Numbered from the stretch's first letter, positions 12,860-26,737 are shown. The stretch: 64,000 bases of DNA from Chiloscyllium plagiosum (GCF_004010195.1 NC_057718.1:34702667-34766666); one strand, 5' to 3'. A program made the numbers and translations. Notes: generated from the sequence alone by a model not told the origin.

Positions 12860-13112
12860 CCAGTGTTGGAATGAGATGGACAAAGTTAAAAATCACACAA
12901 CACCAGGTTATAGTGCTCCTTCATCAGATAGCTGTGGAACAGAATCATAAGACATAGAATTTATAGCAAAATATTTTGTTATAAATCTTTTGCTATATAT
13001 TCGGTGTCTTATGATCCCGTTCCACAGCTACATGATGAAGGAGCAGCGCTCTGAAAGCTAGCGGTTCCAAATAAACCTGTTAGACTATAACCTGGTGTGG
13101 TGTGTTTTTTAA
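12860..13112. mobile_element. PLE family B inverted pair with decayed hammerheads
   Basis: Mirror symmetry about ~12975. The plus arm has ATGATGAAGGAGCAGCGCTCTGAAAGCTAG with the first core C mutated. Confidence 0.75.
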
Positions 13113-13689
13113 GATTACATTGAAGAAGACCAGTTTAAATGAGCAAGTCCGGAAGTGTATTTTAGCTTAATCAAAGATGAGTAGCTAGGTGGAGGACAAA
13201 ATGTTTGTTTGCCTTAATTGCTGCTGATGCCTGCTGTAACTTTATCATTAACTACTTGCATTATGTGCCACTATCTACCTGAAAACCTCAGCAGATTTTG
13301 CAATGGCAGAAGCCTTTAGTACTGTCGGTTGAAATGAATCACAGTGTTGTGTCCACAGCTACTGCTGTGATGAATTTCATGGCTGTGATGCTATGAATTG
13401 GTCCAAATGGAGAAAGACCGACATTTTCAGCCCGTGAGTAGAAGTAAATCTGGTGATTTACTTCTACTTTACTTTTTGTTTCTCTCTTTTTTGAAGTTGC
13501 CCAATGAATTCCAAACTTTTCAGTCTTTATACAGATGGACAACCCCTCATCATACATTGATTCAGATATTTGTGTTCTTTATCATGGACTAGTTGGATTT
13601 TAGCGTCTGTTTCTGTGCTGTATGACTCTATGACTATGACGAGTGCCATGAGAACAATAAAGATCCAAATGAAGCAACAGAACAGACAA

Positions 13690-13856
13690 CATGTCAGTTT
13701 AATGCCTCATCACGAAAAATGACAACTCTGACCGTGCAGTACTATTTCAATACTGCAATGACGTGTCAGCCTAGATTGTATTCTCAAGTCTGTAGTAGGG
13801 CCTTAAAGTCTCCTGTCTCTAAAATAGAATACTGTCACTGAGTCAAACTAACACTT
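13690..13856 (-). mobile_element. Decayed Deu-domain SINE
   Basis: CTCTGACCGTGCAGTAC...CAATACTGCA...GTGTCAGCCTAGATT aligns with 43835-43890. Confidence 0.55.
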
Positions 13857-15622
13857 GAGAAAGATCAGTTGGGACATCTTTAGTACATAAGCATATTTTT
13901 TTATTTATTATTCATTTGTTACTGAAACAAATGTTACTGTAACCTAACATGCAAAAAAGAGAATAAACATTTATTATACTACATACCAGTGGTATTACAC
14001 ATGCCATAAATACCTGCAATGCTACTCTCTCCCACCTAAAGAAATCTATTAATGCTTCCTAATCAGTGAATTGTTACTTGTTAAATGGTTAAGAGTTCTG
14101 GCACTTCTATACAGGAAAAATAAAGGATTAAGGGTTTTAGCTTTGGACTGTTTGATTCTACACCCAGGGGGGTGAGTATGCTTGACAGTCCAGATTAGTA
14201 AAACTCTGCAAATTGAAAGAAAACACAATTATTAAAGGCATTATTTGAATATAAATCATTCCTTTACTTCCTATGACAAAAATTGGAATTTAAAATTGGT
14301 ATTAAGTAAATTTTGTTTCACCAAGTCTTTATTCTGTTGCAATTATTCAGGATATAGACCAGTGAGGAAAGTATGACATTTGAATTCTTAAAAATGACAG
14401 AAAACTATCAAATTCATGCCTGTTTGAAGATAGAATCCACACAATGAAAAGAAATGGAAAGGACTTGCATATATATAATACATTCCAGGACCACAGGCTG
14501 TCCTAAAGAGCTTGATAGGGAATAAGGTCCTTTTGGTGTTAGCATTTCTGGAAACATGTTTCTTTATGAATCTTGAAGAGCTTTTCATCTCTTTGCTTTG
14601 GGGATGTTGAAACCAATAGTGTTGTCTTCCAAGGCAGGTCTTGTGAAGATTCGTAAAATAACCAGAAATGAGAGATGAAGTCTGAGACAGCCTTGGAGAA
14701 AGGAGAAAAGCAGAAGGAATTCATTTGGTGCAAGCTTGGTGTGAGCTGGGCCTGGAAATTTTCCATTTACACCATGTCTCTAGGGTATTCTGCAAATCTC
14801 TTCCCTGCCTGTCGACATCCCACCAACTAGTTTCTTATCAACTTTGTTTATCATCTGCCTATCTATCCCCTTTCAAGTGGTTGCCCAAGGTAAAGTCAAG
14901 GTTTTAGATTTTAATGACAGATTCCAGTGAAAATGAACACATTACAGTCTAAGGAGGATAGAGGGGAAGAAGAAATAAAAAGAACCAAAAAACAGTTTGC
15001 TGGTTACCAGCTGGTGCAGTTTTATGGGTTTATGTTGTTGATATAGAACCCAAAATGTGGCAGGAAAATATGGCTTTAGAGGTGGCTCAAGATCAAAGCA
15101 AGTTTGGTCACGCCTCTATAGAATGAGTCTACGCACATAAATGAGGGGAAATGAAAGGCAAGTACACCTGCGCACTCAATGCAGGGAATGAGAATATGGG
15201 TTGCAGTAGTTGGAGGAACAGACACCATCTGTTCCAGGAATGCAGCTGATCACGTTATTGCTCAAAGAGCACATTACTGCTTACTTGAGATGGAAAATGA
15301 TTGAGTTGCACAACTACGCTGTTCTTAAATCATCATTTGTTGCTGCACGGGGTGGTTTTACATCTAAATATTGACTCATTTGAATGAGTCAAATTTGCAG
15401 TAATCTTTTTAGCAAACTGGAAATTAACTCAATACATTTCTGCCCTTCTCAGGAGATTTTTGCATCTAATCTAGTATAGGCTGTCCTCAGGTTGCAAACG
15501 GATTCTGCTCCTGAGCCCGTTTGCAAGTCGATTGTTACACAGGTGTGGAACCCAATGCAGGACAATATAAAATAGGCATGTGTAAGTACAAAGAAATATT
15601 CACATGTTGGACCTGTAAAATT

Positions 15623-15992
15623 AGAGTCATAGAGTCAGACAGCATGAAAGCAGGCCCTTCAGCCCAACTCGTGCATGCTGACAGGTTTCCTAACCTGAAC
15701 TAGTCCCATCTGTCTGCATTAGGCCCATATCCCTCTAAACTTTTCCTATCCATGTACCCATCTTGATGCCTTTTAAATGTTGTAATTGGACCAGCCTCCA
15801 GCAGCTCTTCAGGAAGATTGTTCCACATATGCACCACCCTCTGTGTGGAAAAAATTGCCCCTCAGGTCCCCTTTAAATCTTGCCCCTCTCACCTATACCC
15901 TCTAGTTTTGCCCTGGGTTGGTGGGGGGGGACCTCGGCTATTCTCCTTATCTATGCTCCTCATGATTTTATAAATCTTTACAAGGTCACTCT
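15623..15992 (-). mobile_element. CR1 LINE 3' end (resumes briefly at 16422-16463 after the SINE)
   Basis: Has the GAGTCATAGAG tail and aligns with 43948-44335. Confidence 0.85.
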
Positions 15993-15996
15993 TCAT

Positions 15997-16421
15997 AGAT
16001 TAGTATGGAAACAGGCCCTTCCGCCCAACAAGTCCACACTGACGCTTCGAAGAGCAACCCACCCAAACCCCAACCCTATATTTACCCCTAACACTAGATT
16101 AGATTAGATTACATTACATTACATTACATTACAATACAGCGTGGAAACAGGCCCTTCGGCCCAACAAGTCCACACCGACCCGCCGAAGCGCAACCCATCC
16201 GTATCCCTACATTTACCCCTTACCTAACACTACGGGCAATTTAGCATGGCCAATTCACCTGACCTGCACATCTTTGGACTGTGTGAGGAAACCGGAGTAC
16301 CCGGAGGAAACCCACACGGACACGGGGAGAATGTGCAAACTCCACACAGACAGTCGCCTGAGGCGGGAATTGAACTCAGGTCCGTGGCGCTGTGAGGCAG
16401 CAGTGCTAACCACTGAGCCAC
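15997..16421 (-). mobile_element. V-SINE (HE1-like), with an extra tail fragment at 15997-16094
   Basis: tRNA-like head TGGCTCAGTGGTTAGCACTGCTGCCTCACAGC, B box GAGTTCAATTCC, central TGGGTTTCCTCCGGGTACTCCGGTTTCCTC, CR1-like tail with (TGTAA)n(TCTAA)n. Confidence 0.9.
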
Positions 16422-16600
16422 CCCTAACTCCAGGGAAAAAGTCCCCGCCCATTCGGGTCTCCCCAGTACTCAAACCCGCCAGTCATAATATTAATATACC
16501 CCTCCATGGGGTCACATTTGTAAGTATGAGTGTATGTAAGTCAGATGTTTATCAATCAGCGACCCCCTAAATCAAATTTGAAACCTTCTGCAATTGCTAT

Positions 16601-17723
16601 TGTTACATCCTGGGTGAGGTTCCATAATTCATTATGGTTCCAGGCAGGTTATCTCAAATCATTAAGATCCCCAAGTGAGGAGAAATGAACTGACTCTCCC
16701 TCTGTATTTTCCATCCCTTCATTTGGTCGCAGCAAGATGAATTTAAAAATAAACACTTTCTCTTGTCGATATCTTTTTCCAAGACCTAAATGACCATTAT
16801 GTTTTAAAAGGAGCCAATTTAACTAGATTTTCTTGAGTTAATGAAGAGTGTGTTTATTAATTATTAAACATGAGAAGAATTAGTAACACAGATGAAAAAT
16901 AAGAGGTGAGGCCAAAAAGATAAAAAAAAAGCAAGTATGTAGATAAATCTCTGAATTGTTCATGAAAAGTGAAGATTGCAGTGAAGATTACTGGTTGAGT
17001 TGATACTGGTCGCTAAACAGTTGATTTTAAGATTCTTAATTTTGCAAGTTGATTCTGTTGTTCTAACTATGTTCAACCATGACTCAATTCCAGCATTCAG
17101 GATGAAGGACAATCCTTCTGTTACCTTCTGTCTAACTTGTTAGCTAGCTGGCTTCAAGCTCTCTCTCTCTCGAGGTGACAGACTCCTTTATCTGCAGCTC
17201 AGTGACAAGGTGGTTGTTCTTCGACTGTGACATTCATAGCATGCTAACACTCAAAGCCAGCTTGCTATGCTTGGGTAACTTAGCTTACTGGCACATATAC
17301 AAGAACATCAGCTTTGCTAGAATACAACCATAGAGTTGAAAATGACTTTTTTAATCTTCATTTTTTTATATTTTTAAAGAGAAAAAACAAAGTATGTGTA
17401 CATTTTGGGACATAATCTGTCAGAGATGATTGCTGTTGAGCGTATGTTCACCAGTTCCTCTTTATCTTTTTAGTAACAAGAGACCAAAGTGTTGAACTTG
17501 CTTCTTCCCGCCTCCCCCCTTCATGGGTTGTTGATTCAGGTTTCCTTAGTGTCTTTAGACAAGACATTCCATGGGGTTTCTCTCTCTCTCTCTCCAGGTA
17601 GCATCTTAACTTACTTTCTTAGCCATTTCTGGCTGTATATGTCCCCTTTTTAAAAAATGAATTTAGGAATTGCAAGTTAAAAAATATCCACAGTGATTCA
17701 AATTCTAATCCATGATCATGACA
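16601..17723 (-). mobile_element. Solo-LTR-like repeat (copy 2 of 3)
   Basis: Termini are TGTTAC...ATGACA with flanks CTAT and CCAT. Similar to 960-1842 and 59960-61110. Confidence 0.6.
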
Positions 17724-18164
17724 CCATATTGATGTCTAGCAGGCACAGTCCATTATAAATACCATATTTTGGAGTTAATTTTTTTAATTGATATTCTTTC
17801 TTTTGTGAAGCAGCAGAAATGTCAGTGGTGATTATTGGTCAAGTATTCTGCGTTGTTCCATTTCAAAAGCTGCGAGTTGTGTCTTCTGAGCCAGTTCTCA
17901 CAATTCACATGTAAAGTATAGTTTGCTGCAGCTTTTTGCAACCCTCACCAATCTGTCCAATTTCATCAACAGTCTCAGATAGCAAGTGTTATTGCCTATT
18001 CAACAGTTGACCATTACCATAGCTGAATGCCATCTTCTCCACACATACAGAATCAATGGATAGCCATTTGGAAAAATCTGCATTGACAAAGCTGCATTGT
18101 ACAGTGGTAAGAACACCATCTAGACAAATGTGATTGCTTAATCAGTATTTTACTGATGAGCCTA

Positions 18165-18510
18165 AACATCTAACCTTGCCACCACTGGCACACCATATGA
18201 TTACTATGTGCTGCAGTACAGATTAAAGGTGTACCAACACCTCCCAAGCCTGTGACCTCCATTAACTGGACTAACTATACCATTAGATGCATGGAAATCC
18301 CAGAATCTCTAAATTTCTTGGTCATTCACCATTTCAATGTGAAAACATCATTGTTTCTTCAGTATCACCTGGCCGGAATTCTGGAACTCCATGCCGAATA
18401 ATATCATGGCAGCATTTCACCACATACAATGCATTGGTTCAGGAAGGCAGCCTATCATCGCATTCTCAGTGTGGACAATAAATGTCAATCTTTTTGGCAA
18501 AGCCAATGTA
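18165..18510 (+). mobile_element. Old L2/CR1-group LINE 3' end
   Basis: Aligns with the reverse complement of 56425-56650 and ends with CAATAAATG. Confidence 0.5.
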
Positions 18511-20769
18511 CATTTAAATGTACTACGAATATAAATTTAAAAAACAAAGGATGAGTTGCCCTTTCCCCTCTGTTATGCTTGCACTCTGTAGTGGCTGTCA
18601 GCATTCCTTGAATGTCACAAACTGTAATTTGTTCATGTTCAGAAAGTTATTCCCTGCCAGTGAAGTTAAGGGAACTTTGTGTCAACATATTGTCAAGGTC
18701 CCTGGAGACATTCCTTGGAGATGTGGTGCAGAGTGTATCTTGTTCCTCCATGTGATGTTTCTGCACATCCTAGAATTTGTGGAGGTTTTTAGGCTGTTTC
18801 AGCAGCAATAGAATAATTAAATATAAGACTACCTGAATCTAAATTCGATTGATCAAGATCAATCTTGCTCAGTGTCAACTTCCATTATTACAATCCATAT
18901 AGATCAAAAAGCAATACCGTCATATTTTTTAAAGCTGTGGCTAAATCAATGTTTTGTCTATCTTTTTTGGAAGTGTTCCAGCCATTTATAAAGGTAGTAT
19001 CTCACAACAAGGGAGAACAACAAATCTTCTTAGCATGAACATTTTGAAGAGTTTAGTTCTGTATTCTATACAGCTTGTCACTTGATGCAAAATTCTAAGG
19101 AATACCAATATCATTTTCTCAAACACAAATCAATAAGACTTTTCTCGTCTTGACAAATGTTATTTGACTTTTCACTCCAAGAAATTAAATCAAATGGCTA
19201 ATTCAAAGTGTTACATAGTATCCTCATTTGTGAAATTCCTCATTGTGTTCACTTCTCTGGGAAGGACATGTGGATACATTGTTCTTGTGTAATCTTAGAT
19301 ACAGTGTGATAGCCAAATGTTGGCATGTATTAAAGTAAACTGAGTGCTATGTGCGAAAACCTCAGGGGCTCCTAGTTAATACTATAGGATATCATCCCCA
19401 TTATTTGTAATGGACATTGTTATATAACCTGCTTTCTATACTAGGATATTTTTCATTTTCACCCTATGAATTATGGGAGATAAAAGTAAAACCTTTCTTT
19501 GCTTCTTTAATTGCTATCAAATCTTTACAAAGTGTTAAACTCCCTGTCCTGAGAAATACGTGAAAGGCTTTTTTTAATCATATGAGGATGCAAGTACGAA
19601 TTGAGAGAAACATTAAATCTTAGATAGCCAGAGTTGATACTATATACACATATATGGTGTCTTAAATGTTAGCATGGTGTTGCTACCATTCACTCAACAA
19701 GTCTGAGTTGTTGTGGTTTTGTGCTCCCACCTATAGGACTACTCAACATGTCAGATCCCAGAATGAAATCTGGCTTGTACTATATATATATAGTTTAATT
19801 GGTTAATGTGGTGGTTTGTCATAGAGACATATTCACATGAGGCTGCAACTTTTCTTGAGCAACAGAAGTTAATTACACAAAGAAGAAATATAAAACTAAG
19901 CTATCTGAGTACACATGAAGGTTCAAATAATCCCAAAACACAGAGCAAAACAAAGCTTCAACCTATTTCTAGACACTATCAAGTCCAGAGAAAATATTCC
20001 CCATATTTCAGCTCTTTGATGTTCTACTTAACTGACTTCGAGCAGTGGACTCTGAGGACAATTTGATGGTGTCCTTTCCAATATGCCAACATGAATGTTT
20101 CCATAAATCTGAGTATCTAAACTTTCTCAGTTCTAATCCCCTGCAGATTTCCAACCAAACCCTCCTGCCTTGGAAGTTTTAAGAATTAACCATTCTGTTG
20201 AGGTGAGTGGTTCCTGAACTGCCATGAATCAGAGAAGCTAAGCTTGCTTCTAAACTCATCACTGGTGTCTTCTGAACTGAACTGAAAAAACTTGCTCATT
20301 GTAGATTCTTCTGGAGTCAAAGCAAAGCTTACCTGTCGTAAATTCAATAGTACAGCACTCTTTCCCATTAACACCACACAGATTTGCAGTCACCTGCTGT
20401 CTGGGACAAAGTGGATTAGGTCACTGGTTCAAAAGTGACCCTCTGGACCGAAATTTTGTGTTTTGTTTTGGCTAAGAGCAAGTTGCATTGCATTTGTTGG
20501 AGAGATTCTCTCTGCGAGGCCAAGTGAGTTTTCTTGCCAAATGTTGACAAACTCACATATTAATTACCATTACCACCTCTATGGCACGTATCACATCTGA
20601 TTTCTGTCCATCTTACTGTTCCTGGAATACATGCCACTTAAGTGATATCCCACAATGGACTGATATCCCTGGCACATGCACCACCTTTAAAAAGCCATTG
20701 TGCTCCCAGACACTGTTAGTCTTAAAGTGTCTTGCTCAATTCCTGAAATTGGCAAACATCAGTATGTGG

Positions 20770-20925
20770 GCAGGTTCCTGGAATTGCTGATGGACAGAGT
20801 GGTGCAAAAGCAGGACTTGCAGTGGAGCAATGACACCAGATCATGCCAGACACTTCCAGGAGGTAAAAGTCATCCCATTTGGAGGAATATCCAGCACTGT
20901 AGGAAGAGAGTCAATGACCTTTCCT
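20770..20925 (+). pseudogene. Myb/SANT-like domain relic, probably from a Harbinger transposon
   Basis: RFLELLMDRVVQKQDL...RNIQHCRKRVNDL resembles the RxxxQCRKKWNDL motif. Confidence 0.4.
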
Positions 20926-22625
20926 ACATTAGAACATGGTACATAAAACAGTACAGCACAGGAGCGGGCTCTTTGGTAGTGCCGAACATGATGCCAAATT
21001 CAACTAATCCCTTTGCCTGCCTTTGGTTTCTATCCCTCCAGTCCTTGCATATTCATGTGACCAGTATAAATATTACCAATTCTTCTCTGATGGCTCAAAC
21101 TCACTCTATCTCTACTATTGTACCCACCTCCCAGCAAGACCCATGCCCTATTATTCTCCTTATTGTCTGCAACAAATTTCCCACTTGTTTTTTTTTCTCT
21201 CGCTCTCTCTCTCTCTCTCTCTCTCACTGAAGCCCCCAATCTCACTAACCCTGCATGCTGTCTGCTCTGTCTACTCACTTGCTTGGGACATCACTTGAAC
21301 CACACCAAGAAAAATGACTGGGCTAACCCTTTTAACCTTCCATAATAACTGTTTCTCTTTCATACCAGGAGGAAAGCTGCCTTCAATATGGCAGAAAATG
21401 TCAAATTGGGTTGTGTATTCCTAAAATTTGGTTCCTCACTCATTATGGGGAAAAGGTCCTGACTTTGACAGACCTGGACTAGTATCAGCGGCTACCCATG
21501 ACTTACTGTGTTGAGATTCTCTGAACGAAGGCAATCCAGTACGCCCCCATTGCTCCCACTATCTTGACCTGACTTGATTGAGGCTGGCTAACAACTGTAT
21601 AATCCTTGCAGCGGAGTAAAAATGATAGTTTCTGATGTAGCCTGGAGTGCAGCATTGATGTGGAGGCACTCTATATGTTGATTGGAAATATGTCATGACT
21701 TGGCATATTTCAAATGCCAATGTCAATGGGCATTGGTTATATGTGGTTGGTGCCTGTGGAGCATGCCCTGAGATGGTAGTGCTTGGTGTCCTACACAGAG
21801 ATCATTTAGAGCAGGTGGCAATGCTCAACCCAGCGTGAGCTCTGGTCTCCATGTTGAGTTTTCATTTAGTTTGTTGGGTGAGTTTGGTCAGTTATTAATA
21901 ATGCAAGTTGGGTCATCAGCAAGGACCTCAACAAGGTTTAATCAATGTCAGTTGGTAACTGACTGTTCTTGCCTCACTAGTTGTGAAAAGCTTAAAAGAT
22001 GGGGTTAGATGTTCTTGACATCAAGATATACGTTATTGGATATCTTGCCTGATTCTGCTCTACATCTCACCACTGTCCATTCCACTCAGATTCCTCTCAG
22101 ATTCTGACTTCTGACCTTGTTTTTAAAAGGAAATCCTTCATTGAAGTAATCAAAACGCATTATTTCAAACTCCAAAAAAGATATTAACATAGATAAATGC
22201 CAAACCTTTCAACACAGTGGCAGCATGCACTTTTTGAAGCTACTGATTATGATAGTAAAGGTGTCAATTTTTTTCTGCCATATATCTGATCAAATGTCCC
22301 TCCTACTCTTAGCACAAACTATTCACTTGTAAAGATCTGGAGATTGGTACTCAACATGCTTGGCTACTTTGTGAAGGGATTCTTTCTTGGCCATCGAGTA
22401 CTAGTCTGGGAATTGATGCCACAGCATCTGTTTCAAAGACATGGACACTATTGACTGCAAACAAGAATTCAAATGTTATTGAACTATGACCTAATATCTA
22501 CACCTCCTTATATTGTATCAGCTTACAATAGTTGGATATAATTGTTTGAGGTCTATATAAAAAATCTTGTGGAATCTTGTCTGCATCTTGACTTGCGTAG
22601 AAAAAAAAAATCAAACTAGTCAAGA

Positions 22626-23563
22626 AGAGGTACACTTAGTAAGTTTGTAGATGACACCAAAATTGGAGGTGTAGTGGACAGCAAAGAAGGTTACCTCAGA
22701 TTACAACAGGATCTTGTTCAGATGGGCCAATGGGATGAGAAGTGGCAGAGTTTAATTCAGATAAATGCGAGGTGCTGCATTTTGGGAAAGCAAATCTTAG
22801 CAGGACTTATACACTTAATGGTAAGGTCCTAGGGAGTGTTGCTGAACAAAAAGACCTTGGAGTGCAGGTTCATAGCTCCTTGAAAGTGGAGTCACAGGTA
22901 GATAGGATAGTGAAGAAGGCATTTGGTATGCTTTCATTTATTGGTCAGAGTATTGAGTACAGGAGTTGGGAGGTCATGTTGCGGATGTACAGGCCATTGG
23001 TTAGGCCACTGTTGGAATATTGCGTGCAATTCTGGTCTCCTTCTTATCGGAAAGATGTTGTGAAACTTCAAAGGATTCAGAAAAGATTTACAAGGACGTT
23101 GCCAGGGTTGGAAGATTTGAGCTATGGGGAGAAGCTGAATAGGCTGGGGCTGTTTTCCCTGGGGTGTCGGAGGCTGAGGGGTGACCGTATAGAGGTTTAT
23201 AAAATTATGAGGGACATGGATAGGATAAATAGACAAAGTCTTTTCCCTGGGGTGGGGAAGTCCAGAACTCGAGGGCATAGGTTTAGGGTGAGAGGGGAAA
23301 GACATAAAAGGGACCTAAGGGGCAACTTTTTCACACAGAGGGTGGTACGCGTATAGAATGAGCTGCCAGAGGAAGTGGTGGAGGCTGGTACAATTGCAAC
23401 ATTTAAGAGGCATTTGGATGGGTATATGAATAGGAAGATATTGGAGGAATATGGGCCGGGTGCTAGCAGGTGGGACTAGATTGGGTTGGGATATCTGGTC
23501 AGCATGGACAGGTTGGACCAAAGGGTCTGTTTCCATGCTGTACATTTCTATGACTCTATGACT
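22626..23563 (+). mobile_element. CR1 LINE 3' part
   Basis: KFVDDTK motif, 204-aa ORF 22742-23356, (CTATGACT)n tail. Confidence 0.95.
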
Positions 23564-24504
23564 AAATACCACAGTTCAATATTCTATTCTTTCATTTTCA
23601 GCATTTCTTTCTGTTGCAATAATGATGAAGTAATCAACATAGGTAAGGTCCTTTCCTACCCGTCAGTTACTTCTTCCATATTGTCATGTTGAACACTGTG
23701 GTTCAAACTGGAATGCTTCCATGGGTCTCACTTACCATCCTTTTTAACTCAGTCATGCTGGGACTTATTATAATTATTTAACCACAGAACCTGCTAAAAT
23801 TAGCTACCTCATCACAGAGAAGGGTTAAAAGCTTGTTATCTTCCTGATATCAATGGCTCAGTTCCACTCAAGCCAGTTTACCCATCAAAATGTTATTAGA
23901 AGCCATTTGTGATTTTGATTATGAAGATTAAGTAAATTTGTAGTGAGTTAAGTTAGCACAGTGCACACTGCTCAAACAAAAGTAACTCTTGTTGAAAACA
24001 AATCTTTGAAGTGAGAATGCCAGTCTAAAGTGGTCTTTGTGCTTTTGACTGATGTCCCCTGGGAGTAGAGTAAGAATGCCAGCAACTCTTTTCACACATA
24101 CAGAAAGAATTATTTCTGTTTACACTGGAAATAAAAATAGTTGCCTCATGGGAAGATGCCAACCCTTTGGCAGTTGTTGTGAACAGGCTGTGGCAGTAAT
24201 TCCACTCACTCTGGTACAGCAGACCTATATAATTACTTAAATTACTCTTGCAATAATGTTGACTTGGGCATTTTTACTTTAGTCATTGCCCACGTAAACA
24301 TGGCTTCATGCCCTAAGTCCAAAGTGCTGTAAATTTCACTTAAAGTATCAAGCAATTCCATCTGGGATAGATACTGAGGCTCACTATTTAACCAAAACTT
24401 ATTTCCTTGCAAAACCAAGATGCAAATAATACCAGTGGACCACTTACTCTTGAACTTACTGATTAGTTACTGTTGCAGTCCAGACAAAGTTCACTGGGCT
24501 GATA

Positions 24505-24935
24505 CCAGTATGGAGGGATTGTTTTATGAGGAGAGATTGAGTGGATTGGGCCTGTACTCATTGGAATATAGAAGAATGAGAGGGGACACTATTGAAATAT
24601 ACAATCGTCTTAGGGGGCTTGACAGGTAGATGCAGAAAGGTTGCTTCTCCTTGTGGAGAGTCTAGGAGATCTCAGAATAAGGGATCGTATATTTAAAACA
24701 GATGTGAGGAGGAGTTTCTTAGCTCAGAGGGTTGTGAATCTGTGAATTCTTTACCACAGAGGGCCATGGAGGCTGAATGATTCAAGGCTAAGATTTTGAA
24801 TCATATAAGAGAATCAAAAGTCATAGGCAAAAGGCAGGAAAGTGGACTTGAGGATTATCATACTGGCCATAATCTCATTGAATGACGGAGCAGACTTAAT
24901 TGTCTGAATGGTTTACTTTTGTTCCTACATCTCTG
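24505..24935 (+). mobile_element. Older CR1 subfamily 3' end
   Basis: YEERLSGLGLYSLEYRRMRGDTIEIY in ORF 24420-24629. Confidence 0.85.
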
Positions 24936-25269
24936 GTCTTATTTTATGTCATCTCATGGAAATGGCATCAAAGATGATTGAGTCTGGCCTTCCCATACCT
25001 CCTGCACATTCTGAGGGGACTGTCAGCTGTAATCGTTTCATGTGAAGGTTTTCAGCAGCTGCTGAAGGTTGCTGCTGGTCCTGGGCATGCTGGGACATCT
25101 GTTCTTCTTCCATTCCTCTGTGCCTTTTTACATCACAGCAACGGCGATGACAACCGCCGCAGGGGCTGGATCCATCAGTCATGCTTGCAATGATTCTATA
25201 TAGGGAACAAAAGAAACAGAACAGTTCCTTAGCAATGGTAACAGTCAGCATTCAACAAAAGGGAGGCAT

Positions 25270-25580
25270 GGCCTATTCGTATAATTGCTCCACTATTAGT
25301 CTGGAGACCCAGGTAATGTTCCCGTCCTGGCTGATGGTGGAATTTGAATGCAATATAAATCTGGAACTAGAAATCTAATGATAAACCATGAAACCATTGT
25401 CGATTGTCAGGAAAATCCCATCTGGTTCACTACTACCCATTACGGAAGAAATGCCCTCCATACCTGGTTTGGCTGACATATGACTCCAGACCATTGCAAT
25501 GTGGTTGACTCTCAACTGCCCTCTGGGAAATTAGGGATGAGCAATGAATGCTGGCCCAGCCAGTGATGCCCACACTCTCT
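25270..25580 (+). mobile_element. SINE-like repeat with an L2-like LINE tail
   Basis: Aligns with 59545-59850 (CCATGAAACCATTGTC...CTCCAGACC...CAATGTGG...AACTGC). Tail AATTAGGGATGAGCAATGAATGCTGGCC. Confidence 0.65.
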
Positions 25581-26489
25581 TAATTAATTAAAATAAATTT
25601 ACATCACTCACAAGTGAAAGCTTAACATGCCCTTACGTTCAATGGGTCACAGAGACAAGGAAGGCCAAGGAATCACGGCATAGAACATGGGCATTGGATT
25701 TTATTTTGCTGAATGCAGCACCAGTCTTATTTCAATGAGACAGTAGTGGTTAATATGTGCTGCATCAGTATTCATCCTTTCTCCTCCTAGCTCTATATCA
25801 CCCATGAAAGGCATCATTGCATATAGAAGTGATTTGTGTCATCCGTGCAGTTCAGATTGGATTTCTGTGCCCCTGTGCAGCCCAGGCATCTTGCATTCGC
25901 TGTGTGTTTTGTTGCCCACATGTTCCCCCTTTTAAGGTTGACTCTGATTTCTTCTACCTCACAATGATGCCTATCATCTACAAGGACAAATGACAGAGTC
26001 AAAATTACTTGCGAGCAGCTTTTGCACCCACATAGTTGTAAGCTGGCACATACACATTTCACAAGCCATGATTGTAAATGACTTCACCCTGCAGTCTGCA
26101 AGTGCATGATGGATGCAATTGTCACTTGAAGAGACTCCCACCCTAAGAGGTGGAACTTGCATTTTGGAGCAGACAGAAAACACTGACTCGGCCCACTCTG
26201 AATGTGGTCACAACCATTTCCCATTCAGACATCCCTTTAGGAATTGAGAGACTATGGAAAGCAACATAGGTAGCAGAAAGCACTGTGACTCCTAGTTTTA
26301 GTCTGGTCATCACGTACTTCCCCAAAACTCCCAATGCCTTCCTACCTGACAATTGCTGGACAATAATACCACCTGCCATCTTGAATTATGATTCCAACTC
26401 TCATCCTCAAACTCCCAACCCCCCCACTACATCCCACCCCATCCAGAGCCCTGTCTCTCCAATGTCTACAGGTCCTGCTGTTCATCATC

Positions 26490-26725
26490 TCACTTGAGAT
26501 GAAGATAAGAATTCTTTTCTTGTTATTCTGCAGAATTTTCTTCCCCAAAAAAACAGGGTAATTGAATATTTTTAACGCTAATTCAGGTAAATTCCTCACT
26601 AATGAAGGGTCAACAGTTTTAGGAGTAGACAAAAAGTTGGTATTGAAGCTACAATCAGATTGATCATGATCTTATCAGACAGCAATCAGGCCGAGAAAGG
26701 CTAAATGGCTTAATCTTGCTCCAAA
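26490..26725 (+). mobile_element. Very old CR1 3' end
   Basis: Colinear with 24700-24930. Confidence 0.45.
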
Positions 26726-26737
26726 TGTGTGCATCTG

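Larger units (their letters stand above)
15477..16568. mobile_element. Decayed Tigger/pogo-like MITE hosting nested CR1 and SINE insertions
   Basis: Left end TAGGCTGTCCTCAGGTTGCAAACG and right end GTAAGTCAGATGTTTATCAATCAGCGACCCCCT resemble Tigger-type subterminal motifs. Confidence 0.4.

Noticed and set aside
16230..16473. ORFs MAQWLALLPHSA... and tRNA-like heads as genes
   Set aside because: These are translations and Pol III heads of V-SINEs, and no complete tRNA cloverleaf is present.
19708..20373. Another possible solo LTR (TGTTG...AACA)
   Set aside because: No second copy or TSD was found to support it.
21197..21226. (CT)n tract and other short microsatellites such as (TCTAA)n at ~47963
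   Set aside because: Ordinary simple repeats or retroposon tail remnants.
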